NCBI GenBank assembly: GCA_021803215.1 | Contig: JAJZLV010000074.1 | Location: 1 to 55,212, forward strand | From: Actinomycetes bacterium | GTDB taxonomy: Bacteria; Actinomycetota; Acidimicrobiia; Acidimicrobiales; Bog-793 | Reading direction: 5' to 3' | DNA length: 55,212 nucleotides | The notes under the pieces: generated by a model | Database searches by the model: none | What the model saw: the letters and a program-made list of their open reading frames with translations, nothing else | What the model was told of the DNA's origin: nothing | Made by a program: the position numbers and the translations under genes | Shown here: positions 26,754 through 35,824 of the stretch, one piece after another | Position numbering within the stretch: position 1 is the stretch's first letter | How the letters are laid out: every line of letters starts with the position of its first letter

Positions 26754-27614
26754 CTAGCTCGTGGCCGCCAGCGAGAAGCGCTCGAGGAGCGACCGGCGCC
26801 ACGCCTCGGTCTCTGCCAGCTGGTTGAAGGTGAAGACGTGGAAGCCGGCCACAGCCGCCTCCGGGGCGGTGAGGGCGCCCGCCAGCCGCTCGATGAAGCG
26901 CTCGGGGCTGTAGCCGCCAGGCGCCCCGAGACGGGCGAACCAGGCGATGTGGCGGGCGAAGAAGCGGGTCGACTCGGAGACACCGATCTTGGAGGCGATG
27001 GAGAGGAGCTTGGTCCGCTCGACGGGACCGGCCAGGCCGAGGTAGAGCGGGAGGTCGACTCCCCGGCGGCGCACCCGGTGGATCCAGCTCGAGAGCACCT
27101 TCGGGTCGAGGCAGAGGTTGCTCACGATGTAGTCGGCGAAGAGCCGCTTGTCCCACATCGCCTGGATTGTGAGGTCGTCGTCGATCCTCGGGTGGCTCTC
27201 CGGGTAGCCGGTGATGCCGACCCGGAAGGGGCGTCCCATCTCGGCCAGCCGGACGAGCACCGGCAGGGCGCCCTCGAAGGCGCCGGCGGGCGGGTCGGCG
27301 TCCCCGGCCGGCACGAAGACCTCCTCTATGCCTTTGGCGGCGAGGCGGGCGGCGATCTCCTCCAGGTGCCTGTTATCGGCGACGAGGCGGGCCGAGAGGT
27401 GCGGCACGGCCCGGTAGCCCTCGGCCGCCAGCTGCTCGGTCACCTGCAAGGTGGTGTCGAGGCCTTTGCTCGGAGAGGCGGTGACCGAGAGCGTCACGGA
27501 CTTCGGGACTGCAGCACAGGTCCTCTCCACGGCGGCGGCGGGCGGGAGCACCTCGTAACGGGGCCGGTCGAAAAGCCCGGCGGCCGCCACGGCCCGCAGC
27601 CCCCGGCCGCTCAT
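26754..27614 (-). CDS. metF: methylenetetrahydrofolate reductase
   Basis: The MTHFR-like pattern is present (SVTASPSKGLDTT..AVPHLSAR..GITGYPESHP..). It is the last gene of the corrinoid operon, and its ATG overlaps the upstream stop (ATGA). Confidence 0.8.
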   Translation of the reverse strand: MSGRGLRAVAAAGLFDRPRYEVLPPAAAVERTCAAVPKSVTLSVTASPSKGLDTTLQVTEQLAAEGYRAVPHLSARLVADNRHLEEIAARLAAKGIEEVFVPAGDADPPAGAFEGALPVLVRLAEMGRPFRVGITGYPESHPRIDDDLTIQAMWDKRLFADYIVSNLCLDPKVLSSWIHRVRRRGVDLPLYLGLAGPVERTKLLSIASKIGVSESTRFFARHIAWFARLGAPGGYSPERFIERLAGALTAPEAAVAGFHVFTFNQLAETEAWRRSLLERFSLAATS

Positions 27615-28228
27615 CTGGGCGCCTCGAGGAGGTTGAGAAGCTCGCTGGCCAACGGCTGCGAGCCGACCTCGAGCGTCTCCAGCTCGAGGCCGAGGCGCTC
27701 TGCGATGGCCCTCGCCTTCGCCGCCAGCTCGTCATCCGGGCTCTCGCGCAGCCAGACGACCCTCTTGTAGTGGGCGAAGTAGTCGGCCACGAGCTCGGGA
27801 TGGGCGTCGAGGCCGAGCCCGGCTACGACGGTCCGCTCGAAGCTGCGGACGAGGAAGTCGGTGAGCAGGTAGCTGCCCGCCTCCTGCTCCAAGAGCTCGG
27901 CGACGCGGGCAGGCCCGGCCAGAAGGTCGTAGCAGTGCAGTCCCGGCAGGCGCCGCAGTCCGAGCCTGGCGCAGAGGTCGTCGAGCACGCCGTAGGTGCC
28001 GCAGTCGGCGTAGGCGAGCACCACCTCCTTCCCCTCTGCCGACAGCCGTCTCGCCAGCTCTTCGACGGCCGGGGGGATCTCGGCCGGCCGGTCGTGCAAG
28101 AGGGCGGAGAGAACGTGCAGCTCGACCGGTCGCTCAAGCTGGCGGGCCGCGGCTCGAACGGCGCTCGAGAGGGCGCCGCAGGCGATCACGGCGAGGGTGC
28201 CCGCCTCGTCAGCCGGCTCCCCGCTCAC
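27611..28228 (-). CDS. DUF1638 domain protein (accessory gene typical of corrinoid methyltransferase clusters)
   Basis: The sequence LAVIACGALS..VVLAYADCGTYGVLDDLC..LPGLHCYDLL matches the DUF1638 pattern. The GTG start overlaps the upstream stop (GTGA). Confidence 0.7.
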   Translation of the reverse strand: MSGEPADEAGTLAVIACGALSSAVRAAARQLERPVELHVLSALLHDRPAEIPPAVEELARRLSAEGKEVVLAYADCGTYGVLDDLCARLGLRRLPGLHCYDLLAGPARVAELLEQEAGSYLLTDFLVRSFERTVVAGLGLDAHPELVADYFAHYKRVVWLRESPDDELAAKARAIAERLGLELETLEVGSQPLASELLNLLEAPR

Positions 28229-30084
28229 GGTGCCGGGAAGGGAAGCTGGTCGATGAAGCGGTCGTTGAAGTCGGGCCGGTCGGAGAGCTCGACGTACTCG
28301 ATCTCCTCGGTGAGCGCCATGGCGCCGGCTCGTTCCCGGACGCTCAACAGGGCCATCTTCGCCCCTTCGCCGGCGACGTTCCCGGCGCTTATCACCCGCA
28401 GGGCCGCCATCTTCGGCACGAGGCCGAGGCGGATGGCGCTGGCCGGCGAGAGGTAGCTCCCGAACGAGCCCGCCAGGAGGACCTGCTGGAGGTCGGCGGC
28501 CGAGAGGCCGGCGTCTTCCATCAGGAGCGTCCAGCCGGTCGCGATGGCGGCCTTGGCGAACTGCAGCTCGCGGACGTCGCGCTGGGAGAGGTAGACCGAG
28601 CGCTCGCCTTCGTGGAGGAGGAAGACCCGCTCCTCTCCCACCTGCTGGAAGCGCTCTCGGAGGCCAGGGGCGAGCTCGGCAGCCCGCTCGCTCGTCACGA
28701 AGCGGCCGCTCGAGTCGATGAGCCCGAGCCGTACGAGCTCGGCGACGACGTCGACCAGGCCCGAGCCGCAGAGGCCGACCGGCTCCACGTCTCCGATCAC
28801 CTGCAGCTCGAGGCCCTCCGGCGCCAGCTTCACGACCTCGATGGCGCCTTCGGCCGCCCGCATCCCGCAGCGGATCTGGGCGCCTTCGAAGGCCGGCCCG
28901 GCGGGGGCGGCGGTGGCCAGCAGCCCCTCGGAGCTTCCGAGCACTATCTCGCAGTTGGTGCCGATGTCTATGAAGAGCCGGGTTCGGCTGTCACGGTCCA
29001 TTCCCGAGGCGAGCAGGCCGGAGATGATGTCGCCCCCGACGTAGGCTCCGAGGGCCGGGAAGGCGACGAGCCGGGCCCGCCGGTTGACCGGCAGGCTCAT
29101 CTCGCTCGCGAGGAGCTCGGGGTACTGGCGCGTGGCGAGTATGAAAGGCGCCATGCCGAGCGGCTCGGGGTCGATCCTAAGGGCGATGTGGGTCATGGTG
29201 GCGTTCCCCGCCAGCGCCACCTCGTAGACCTCGTCCGGGGCGACGCCTGCTCTCTCGCAGATGGTGGTGATCAGCTCGGCGAGGGTCTCGTGCGCCAGGC
29301 TGGCCAGCTTCTCGAGGGCGGCGGGCTCCAGCATGATCGTCGAGATCCGGGTGATGACGTCGCCCCCGAAGGGCTGCTGGCGGTTGAGCGTCGAGGCCAC
29401 CTCGACCGGGGTGCCGGTCCTGAGGTCCAACAGGCTGGCGACACAAGTCGTCGTCCCGAGGTCGATCGCCACCCCGAAGAGGCGCTCTGTCGTGTCGCCC
29501 GGCTCGAGAGCGATGAGGATGTCGTCTGAGACGACTGCAGTCAACTTGTAGTCGTTTGCCCGCAGCAGCGGCCCGATCGTCCTGAGGACCTCGAGGTCGA
29601 CTCGAAGCTCGAGATCGTCCATGGCGGCGAGGACCCGCTCGAGGTCGCTTCTTTGGTCCTTCAGGCTCGGCTCTTCGAGCTCCAGGTAGCGCTTTTGCAC
29701 CGCCGGGCGCAGGATGACCTTGCGCCCGACGCCGACGGTGGCCGCCTTCGGGCGGGTGAGGAGGGGCGGAACCTCGACCTCGAGATCGCTCACGACCTGC
29801 ACCCGGCAGGCGAGCCGCCAGCCCTGGCGGATCTCCTCGGCATCGAAGGCGCGCAGGTCGAGCTGGCTCGGGGGGGCGTCACCGCTCTTGAGCTGCACCC
29901 GGCACTTCTTGCAGGTGCCGTGGCCGCCGCAGGTCGAGTCGATGGCGATGCCGTTCCAGCTGGCGGCGTCGAAGAGGGTCACCCCGGGCGGCACCCGCAC
30001 CTGGCGGTCGCTCGGGGTGAACCTGAGCTGGACCCTGCTTTGAGCCTGGGGCGGCCCGCCCTCGTCGAGCGCCGCGGTGCTCAC
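28225..30084 (-). CDS. corrinoid activation/regeneration protein, RACo-type (N-terminal plant-type [2Fe-2S] ferredoxin plus ASKHA ATPase domain)
   Basis: The N-terminus has CGGHGTCKKCRV, a 2Fe-2S Cys pattern. The central and C-terminal regions have IDLGTTT.. and IDIGTNCEIVLG.. phosphate motifs of ASKHA/DUF4445-type proteins. Confidence 0.8.
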   Translation of the reverse strand: MSTAALDEGGPPQAQSRVQLRFTPSDRQVRVPPGVTLFDAASWNGIAIDSTCGGHGTCKKCRVQLKSGDAPPSQLDLRAFDAEEIRQGWRLACRVQVVSDLEVEVPPLLTRPKAATVGVGRKVILRPAVQKRYLELEEPSLKDQRSDLERVLAAMDDLELRVDLEVLRTIGPLLRANDYKLTAVVSDDILIALEPGDTTERLFGVAIDLGTTTCVASLLDLRTGTPVEVASTLNRQQPFGGDVITRISTIMLEPAALEKLASLAHETLAELITTICERAGVAPDEVYEVALAGNATMTHIALRIDPEPLGMAPFILATRQYPELLASEMSLPVNRRARLVAFPALGAYVGGDIISGLLASGMDRDSRTRLFIDIGTNCEIVLGSSEGLLATAAPAGPAFEGAQIRCGMRAAEGAIEVVKLAPEGLELQVIGDVEPVGLCGSGLVDVVAELVRLGLIDSSGRFVTSERAAELAPGLRERFQQVGEERVFLLHEGERSVYLSQRDVRELQFAKAAIATGWTLLMEDAGLSAADLQQVLLAGSFGSYLSPASAIRLGLVPKMAALRVISAGNVAGEGAKMALLSVRERAGAMALTEEIEYVELSDRPDFNDRFIDQLPFPAP

Positions 30085-30944
30085 GAAGCCTTGCCGGCCT
30101 CTCTCGCCCGGTGGGCGGCGATCCAGTTGGCCCCCCAGGGGTCGTGGTCCAAGAGGAGGTCGGCCGCCTTGACGGCCCGCACCAGCTCGGGCGAGCGAGC
30201 GTCCATGATGGCGCTCGTGAGCCCGGCCTGCATCGCCATCGGCAAAAAGGCGCTCCCGATCGCGGCCCTCTCGGGCATGCCGAAAGAGACGTTCGAGGCG
30301 CCGAGCGTCATGTTGACGCCCAGGTCGCGGGCGATGAGCCCGATCGTCTCGAGAGTCCTCCTCACGAGGCTCGTGTCGGCGCCGACCGGCATGGCGAGCG
30401 GGTCGATGAGGATGTCCTCACGGGCTATGCCGTACTCGTCGGTCGCCACCTTTACGATCTTGCGGGCGAGCTCGAGGCGGCGCTCGGGTTCCTCGGGGAT
30501 CTCCTCCTCGTCGTTCGGGAGGCAGATGACGGCCGCCTGGTGGCGTTTCACGAGCGGCAGGATGGCCCCCAGCCGGTCGTCCTCGGCCGTCACCGAGTTG
30601 ACGAGGGCCTTGCCCTCGTAGGCTCCGAGCCCCGCCTCGAGGGCCTCGACGACCGAGGAGTCGATGCAGAGAGGGAGATCGGTGAGGCTCTGGACGAGCT
30701 TCACCGCCCTCACCATGAGCTCCACCTCGTCGGCCAGGGGGGCGCCCATGTTCACGTCGAGCACCATCGCCCCGCCGGCCACCTGCTGGGCGACGTCGAT
30801 CTCCACCCGGGAGAGGTCTCCGGCCCGCAGCTGCTCTTGGAAGAGCTTGCGCCCGGTCGGGTTGATGCGCTCGCCGATGACGCAAAAGGGCTGCGCCGGA
30901 CCGATGACGACCTGCCGGGAGGCCGAGCGGAGGACCGTCTCCAT
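30081..30944 (-). CDS. methyltetrahydrofolate:corrinoid methyltransferase (pterin-binding, MtgA/MeTr-like)
   Basis: The sequence VIGERINPTGRK..LDVNMG..CIDSS..LVNSV.. is the DHPS-like pterin-binding barrel pattern. Confidence 0.8.
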   Translation of the reverse strand: METVLRSASRQVVIGPAQPFCVIGERINPTGRKLFQEQLRAGDLSRVEIDVAQQVAGGAMVLDVNMGAPLADEVELMVRAVKLVQSLTDLPLCIDSSVVEALEAGLGAYEGKALVNSVTAEDDRLGAILPLVKRHQAAVICLPNDEEEIPEEPERRLELARKIVKVATDEYGIAREDILIDPLAMPVGADTSLVRRTLETIGLIARDLGVNMTLGASNVSFGMPERAAIGSAFLPMAMQAGLTSAIMDARSPELVRAVKAADLLLDHDPWGANWIAAHRAREAGKAS

Positions 30945-31615
30945 CAGACCTTGGACCCGGCGGCCGCCCGGCGCCGCGCGAGCAGCTCCTTGGCGCGCTT
31001 CACCGCCGCCGAGGCGTCGGCCGCATAGCCGTCGGCGCCGACGACGTCGGCGTACTCCTGGGTGACGGGGGCCCCACCGACCATCACGATGACGCTGTCG
31101 CGCAGCCCGGCCTTCTCGATGGCGTTCATGTTCGCCTTGAACATCGGCATGGTCGTCGTGAGAAAGGCCGAGAAACCGACGATGTCGGGCCGGTGCTCCT
31201 CGATCGCCTCCACGAAGCGCTCCGGGGCGACTTGGACCCCGAGGTCGATGACGTGGAAGCCGGCGCCCTCCAACATGATGTTGACGAGGTTCTTCCCGAT
31301 GTCATGGACGTCACCTTTCACCGTGCCCATGACGAAGGTCCCGACGGACTCGACTCCTGTCTCGGCGAGGAGCGGACGGAGGATCTCGAGGGCGCCCGAC
31401 ATCGCCTTGCCGGCGATGAGCATCTCGGGCACGAAGAAGTCGCCCCGCTCGAAGCGGGCGCCCACCTCCTCGAGAGAGGGGATGAGGGCCTCAAAGAGCA
31501 TCTCTTCGGGGCTGAGACCCATCGAGAGCCCGGCGTTCGTGAGCGCCAGCACCTCGGGCCCGTTCCCGACCAGGGTCGAGTCGTACATCTGCTGCAGCAG
31601 TTCCTCGCGGTTCAT
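30944..31615 (-). CDS. corrinoid (cobalamin-binding) protein, MtgC/MtbC-like
   Basis: There is an N-terminal B12-binding cap helix bundle and then the DxHxxG motif in GTVKGDVHDIGKNLV, followed by ..GFSAFLTTT..VMVGGAP. The start is trimmed to ATG 31615 (MNREELLQQ..). Confidence 0.88.
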   Translation of the reverse strand: MNREELLQQMYDSTLVGNGPEVLALTNAGLSMGLSPEEMLFEALIPSLEEVGARFERGDFFVPEMLIAGKAMSGALEILRPLLAETGVESVGTFVMGTVKGDVHDIGKNLVNIMLEGAGFHVIDLGVQVAPERFVEAIEEHRPDIVGFSAFLTTTMPMFKANMNAIEKAGLRDSVIVMVGGAPVTQEYADVVGADGYAADASAAVKRAKELLARRRAAAGSKV

Positions 31616-32409
31616 GCGGCACCTTCCTGTCGTGGGTGGTGGCCGAGGAGGGCAGAGAAGCCGGCCGCCTCGACCCGGCACAACTTGGCGGCCTCGGCCA
31701 CCCTCGGGGGTGTCAGCCGGCTGGCCGGCCCGGAGACCGAGATGGCGGCCACCGCCTCTCCGTGGCCGTTCAGCACCGGGGCCGCCACTGCTACGAGCCC
31801 AGCCTCGAGCTCGTCGACCGCCACGGCATAGCCCCGCCGGCGCACCTCGGCCAGCTCGTCGGCGAGCGCGGCCCGGCTGGTGGTCGTCCGGTCCGTCAGG
31901 TGGGCGAGCCGGCCGGGGGGGAGCGAGGCGGCGCCGAAGGCCAGGAGCACCTTGCCGAGGGCACTGGCGTGGAAGGGGACCGGCCGGCCGACCCAGTTGG
32001 TAGTCCCCAGCACGTAGCGGCTGTCGATTTGGTCGAGCTGCTCGACATGGCCCCTCCGGGCGACGCCGATGTTGATTGTCTCGCCGGTCGCCTCGCCGAG
32101 GCGGCGAAGGTGCGGCCGGGCCAGCTCTATGAGCTCGAACTCCCGGCCGCCCCGCCCGGCGTAACGGAGGAAGAGCTCACCCGGCTCGTAGCAGCTGTTC
32201 ATGTCGCGGCGGACCAGCCCGGCCCGCTCGAGGGCGAACAGGAGCCGCGAGGTGGTGCTCTTGGCGAGCCCAGTGGCGGTTGCGAGCTCGCTGAAGCTCT
32301 TCGGAGAATTGGCGTCGACGATCTCGGTCAGAAGGCGGGTGGCCCGGTCGACTGCCTGGGTCCCCGTCGGCGAGCCGGTCGTCGGCCGCTCGGTGGCGCT
32401 TGTGGACAT
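31612..32409 (-). CDS. IclR family transcriptional regulator
   Basis: From ATG 32409 the protein has the wHTH FSELATATGLAKSTTSRLLFALERAGLV and the IclR effector domain (..INIGVARRGHV..GLVAVAAPV..ISVSGP..). The TGA stop overlaps the corrinoid-protein ATG (ATGA). Confidence 0.88.
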   Translation of the reverse strand: MSTSATERPTTGSPTGTQAVDRATRLLTEIVDANSPKSFSELATATGLAKSTTSRLLFALERAGLVRRDMNSCYEPGELFLRYAGRGGREFELIELARPHLRRLGEATGETINIGVARRGHVEQLDQIDSRYVLGTTNWVGRPVPFHASALGKVLLAFGAASLPPGRLAHLTDRTTTSRAALADELAEVRRRGYAVAVDELEAGLVAVAAPVLNGHGEAVAAISVSGPASRLTPPRVAEAAKLCRVEAAGFSALLGHHPRQEGAA

Positions 32410-32470
32410 CGGTTCCAGCTTACGGAACTTTGTTCTACGATGCGAACCATGTTCGAGAACAGGATGCCGC
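32410..32470. promoter_or_regulatory. divergent control region with an array of GTTC/GAAC half-sites (candidate IclR operator)
   Basis: The sequence is cGGTTCCagcttacGGAACtttGTTCtacgatgCGAACcatGTTCGaGAAC. Palindromes are GTTCC-N7-GGAAC (32412-32428), GAAC-ttt-GTTC (32425-32435) and CGAAC-cat-GTTCG (32443-32455), the last centred on a candidate ATG of the MttB-family gene. Only 30 bp separate the two divergent start codons. Confidence 0.5.
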
Positions 32471-33888
32471 GCTACGAGATCCTCTCCGAAGATGCCATCG
32501 CCACCTTGGAGAGGGGCTGGAGGCGGATAGTGAGCGAGATCGGCGTTCAGTTCGCAAAGCCCGAGGCAGTCGAGCTGTTCGCCAAGGCCGGTCAGAGGAC
32601 CGACGGCGAGACGGTCTTCCTCGATCCCGAGTTCGTGATGGAAAAGGTGGCGCTCGCTCCCCGTCAGTTCGACATGCAGGCGCGCAACCCGGCGAACAAC
32701 GTCCACATCGGCGGGGACCAGATGGTCTTCTCGACCGTCTACGGGCCGCCCTTCGTGCGGCAGGGAGAGGTGAGGAGAGACGCCACCATGGCGGACTTCC
32801 GTCGCTTCGCCATGCTCGCACAGTCCCACCCAGAGCTCGACTCCGGCGGCGGGGTGATCTGCGAGCCGAACGACGCCCCGCTCGACTCGCGCCACCTTGA
32901 CATGATCTACGCCCTCCAGACCCTGACGGACAAGATCTACATGGGAAACGTCGTCTCGGGCGCCAACGCCCGCGACACGATCGAGATGAGCTCGATCCTC
33001 TTCGGGGGCCGGGAGGAGATCGAGAAGACGCCGGTCTGCATCTCTCTCATCAACTGCAACTCACCGCTTCGCTGGGACGACCGCATGCTCGACGCCCAGT
33101 TCGAGTACAACCGAGCCAACCAGCCGGTCATACTCACCCCGTTCCTTCTGATGGGAGCCATGTCGCCCGTCTCGATCCCGGCCGCCCTCGCCCAGCAGCT
33201 CGCCGAGGCCTTCGCCGGCATCGCCCTCGCCCAGCTGATCCGGCCCGGCTGCCCGGTGGTGTTCGGCTCGTTCCTCTCGAACATCGACATGCAGTCGGGC
33301 TCGCCCTGCTTCGGCACGCCGGAGTCGGCCCTCGGCCTTTTGTGCACCGGCCAGCTGGCCCGTCATTACGGCCTGCCCTTCCGGACGGGGGGCGGTCTCA
33401 CCTCGAGCCAGACGCCCGACGCCCAGGCCGGTTACGAGTCGCTCATGACCCTGCTCCCGACCTTCCTGGCGGGGACCAACTTCGTCATGCACGCCGCCGG
33501 CTGGCTCGAGGGAGGCCTCGTCAGCTGCTACGAGAAGTTCATGATCGACATCGAGCTCCTGCGCCAGCTGCAGGTCGAGTTCACGCCGCTCCAGATCGAC
33601 GAGGAGTCGCTGGCGTTCGGAGCTCACGAGGAGGTCGGCCACGGGGGTCACTTCCTCGGAGCCGCCCACACGATGGAGCGCTTCCGCACCTGCTTTTACC
33701 GTCCCATCCTCTCCTCCTCGGCCAACTTCGAGCGCTGGACGAGAGACGGGGCCAATGACGCGGCCGCTCGGGCGGGCATCCTCGTCGAGAACGCCCTCGA
33801 CTCCTACGAGCTCCCGCCCCTCGACGAGGCAGTCCGGGCCGAGCTGGAGCACTACGTCACCCGCCGCCGTAAGGAGCTGGGGGACTGA
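32440..33888 (+). CDS. trimethylamine methyltransferase (MttB) superfamily protein, non-pyrrolysine type; probable quaternary-amine (glycine betaine-type):corrinoid methyltransferase
   Basis: The protein is MttB-like across its length (MPRYEILSEDAIATLERGW.., LINCNSPLRWD, PVILTPFLLMGAMSP, FMIDIELL). The reading frame is uninterrupted, with no in-frame TAG. Alternative starts are 32449 and 32464. The ORF back to 31636 is a shadow extension. Confidence 0.85.
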   Translation: MRTMFENRMPRYEILSEDAIATLERGWRRIVSEIGVQFAKPEAVELFAKAGQRTDGETVFLDPEFVMEKVALAPRQFDMQARNPANNVHIGGDQMVFSTVYGPPFVRQGEVRRDATMADFRRFAMLAQSHPELDSGGGVICEPNDAPLDSRHLDMIYALQTLTDKIYMGNVVSGANARDTIEMSSILFGGREEIEKTPVCISLINCNSPLRWDDRMLDAQFEYNRANQPVILTPFLLMGAMSPVSIPAALAQQLAEAFAGIALAQLIRPGCPVVFGSFLSNIDMQSGSPCFGTPESALGLLCTGQLARHYGLPFRTGGGLTSSQTPDAQAGYESLMTLLPTFLAGTNFVMHAAGWLEGGLVSCYEKFMIDIELLRQLQVEFTPLQIDEESLAFGAHEEVGHGGHFLGAAHTMERFRTCFYRPILSSSANFERWTRDGANDAAARAGILVENALDSYELPPLDEAVRAELEHYVTRRRKELGD

Positions 33889-34027
33889 GGGCGTCAAGAG
33901 GCCCCAAAGGGGGTAGGGGTGCCGTGTGCTGCCTCCTGCCAGTCGCAAGAGGGCCCGGGCGAGAGCCAGTCGCCTCCGGCAGAGCCGAGCCGCCGACGGC
34001 GATCCGGGTGCCTCCCCCCGAGCTTCG

Positions 34028-35104
34028 ATGCTCATCCTCTCGGGCTCGATCGGCCAGGGCCATGCGACGGTGGCCGAGGTCTGCGCCGGTGCCCTGGCCC
34101 TCGAGGGCGCCGTCGCGGTTGTCGACTGCATCGACCTGCTCGGGCCCCTCTCGAGCCGGGTGGCGGACCGCATCTACCGGGCCTCCATCTCCTGGCCGGC
34201 TCTTTACGACGGCTTCCACTTCGCCCACCTGAGGGCACAGGGTCGGTTCGCGACCGGTGGCGACGCGCAGGCGGTGCGGCGGATCCTGCGGGCCCTCGAC
34301 CGTAGAGAGCTGGGCGGCGCCGTCGACCTCTCCTTTGCTGTCTTCGCCACCGGGGCGCCGGTGGCAGCCGCTCTGGCCCGCCGCCGGCCGGGTGCCAAGG
34401 CTGTCGTCTTCTGCACCGATGCCACCGCCCACTCGAAGTGGGCGGTCGAGGGCATCGACCTTTTCATCGTCACGAGCGACTTGGCCGCGGCCTCTCTCCG
34501 GCGCTACCTGCCCCGGGCCGAGGTGGCCCTGGTGCCGCCCCCGGTCCGAGCCGCCTTTTACGAGGCTCCGAGCCAGCAGGAGGCCCGGCGACGCTATGGC
34601 ATCCCTTTCAACGAGAGCTGCGTACTGCTCGTGAGCGGCGGCTGGGGTCTCGGACCTCTCGCCGCCGCCGCCCGGGCACTGGCGGCCGCCGGCCACTACG
34701 TCATGGCGGCCTCCGGCTCGAACGCCAGGCTGAAAGCCGAGCTCGACCGGGCAAGCTGGAGCTGCGAGCGGATCATCTCGCTCGGCTACTGCCAGGAGAT
34801 GCCGGCTGCCATGGCGGCAGCCGACGTCGTCGTCTCCGGATCGGGCCAGACCTGCAACGAGGTCCATGCCGTCGGCCGCCGCCTCGTGGTGCTCGACGTG
34901 GTGCCGGGGCACGGCAGGGAGAACCTGCTGCACGAGGTGATCACGACGCCGGCCGTGCCGGCCTCCCCGATCGCCTCTTCGATCGTCGGGGCGGTCGAGA
35001 CGGCCCTGAAGGGGCCGGAGGCCCGCCAGCCGTGGCCGGTTTCCACCGCCGAGGAGTGGAACGAGAGGCTGCGTCTCGCCCTGTCTCCTCTTGGGGTTCT
35101 GTAG
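34028..35104 (+). CDS. glycosyltransferase family 28 / MGDG-synthase-like (UgtP-type) glycosyltransferase
   Basis: From ATG 34028 the sequence MLILSGSIGQGHATVA.. is the typical N-terminus of this family. The C-terminal half has ..VLLVSGGWGLG.. and ..SGSGQTCNE... Confidence 0.7.
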   Translation: MLILSGSIGQGHATVAEVCAGALALEGAVAVVDCIDLLGPLSSRVADRIYRASISWPALYDGFHFAHLRAQGRFATGGDAQAVRRILRALDRRELGGAVDLSFAVFATGAPVAAALARRRPGAKAVVFCTDATAHSKWAVEGIDLFIVTSDLAAASLRRYLPRAEVALVPPPVRAAFYEAPSQQEARRRYGIPFNESCVLLVSGGWGLGPLAAAARALAAAGHYVMAASGSNARLKAELDRASWSCERIISLGYCQEMPAAMAAADVVVSGSGQTCNEVHAVGRRLVVLDVVPGHGRENLLHEVITTPAVPASPIASSIVGAVETALKGPEARQPWPVSTAEEWNERLRLALSPLGVL

Positions 35105-35620
35105 AGCCCCGCTTCGAGGTGTTCCCGACGGCCGGCCACCTTGTGGCTCTCCAGAGGGCGGCGAGGCACCATCTGGGAGCTCTCGCCGGGTTGGGATCGC
35201 CCCGGGTCATCCAAAAAGGCTCTGGCAGCACGAGTCCCCGCTGCCATGAGGTCGCTTGCTGCCGCCTGCCAGTTGCGCCCGAGCCTCCGGGCGAGCTCTT
35301 CGCGCCCCGGTTTCGAGCCTCCCGGGAGCGAGCCGCCCCCGGCGGCTGCCGTTGGCGACGGCCGCGGACGGCCTCCGAGGGCGCTCCGGGTGCTCCTCGG
35401 CAGGCTGGCGGTCGTGCGCTTGGTCTCGGCGGTGGCCTCCTCCTGCAGGTGCTGTCTGGCCGCCCGATGCTGTGCTGCGGTGCGCATGTCGGCGCGAGCC
35501 GCTCACCAGAGCCTCAGCAAACATCTCGCGCCACCCCAGTCTTGCCGGGCACCGCGGGCTCGGCTCTCCGGGCGGCCGAGCATCCACCGGACAACCCGCC
35601 CTCAAGGGGCCGGGGAGCTC

Positions 35621-35824
35621 TCAGACGGGGTGGATCGTGTAACGGGAGAAGAGGTGCCAGCCGGCGAAGGCCCAGAAGACCAAGAGGCAGAGGGCTAGGA
35701 GGCGGTGGGAGGCGAGTCGCCGCCCGAGCTCACCGAGCGTGCTCCACCTACCGGTCCGGCGGGCGAGCAGCTCTAGCAGCACGGCGCAGCTGGCGATGGC
35801 AGCCCAGAGGCCGACGCCGATCAC
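35621..35824 (-). CDS. small membrane protein (67 aa), 2 predicted TM helices
   Basis: The sequence is VIGVGLWAAIASCAVLLELLARRTG..LLALCLLVFWAFAGWHLFSRYT. The GTG at 35824 overlaps the upstream stop (GTGA). The longer ORF to 35923 would overlap the upstream gene by 100 nt. Confidence 0.55.
   Translation of the reverse strand: MIGVGLWAAIASCAVLLELLARRTGRWSTLGELGRRLASHRLLALCLLVFWAFAGWHLFSRYTIHPV

Noticed and set aside
34786-35487. 233-aa minus ORF in the gap after the GT28 gene (also 35141..35698 + and 35207..35605 -)
   Set aside because: It would overlap the last ~320 nt of the well-supported glycosyltransferase gene on the opposite strand. The sequence is Arg/Ala/Gly/Pro-rich and low in complexity with no recognisable motif. 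High GC3 alone is not discriminating here.
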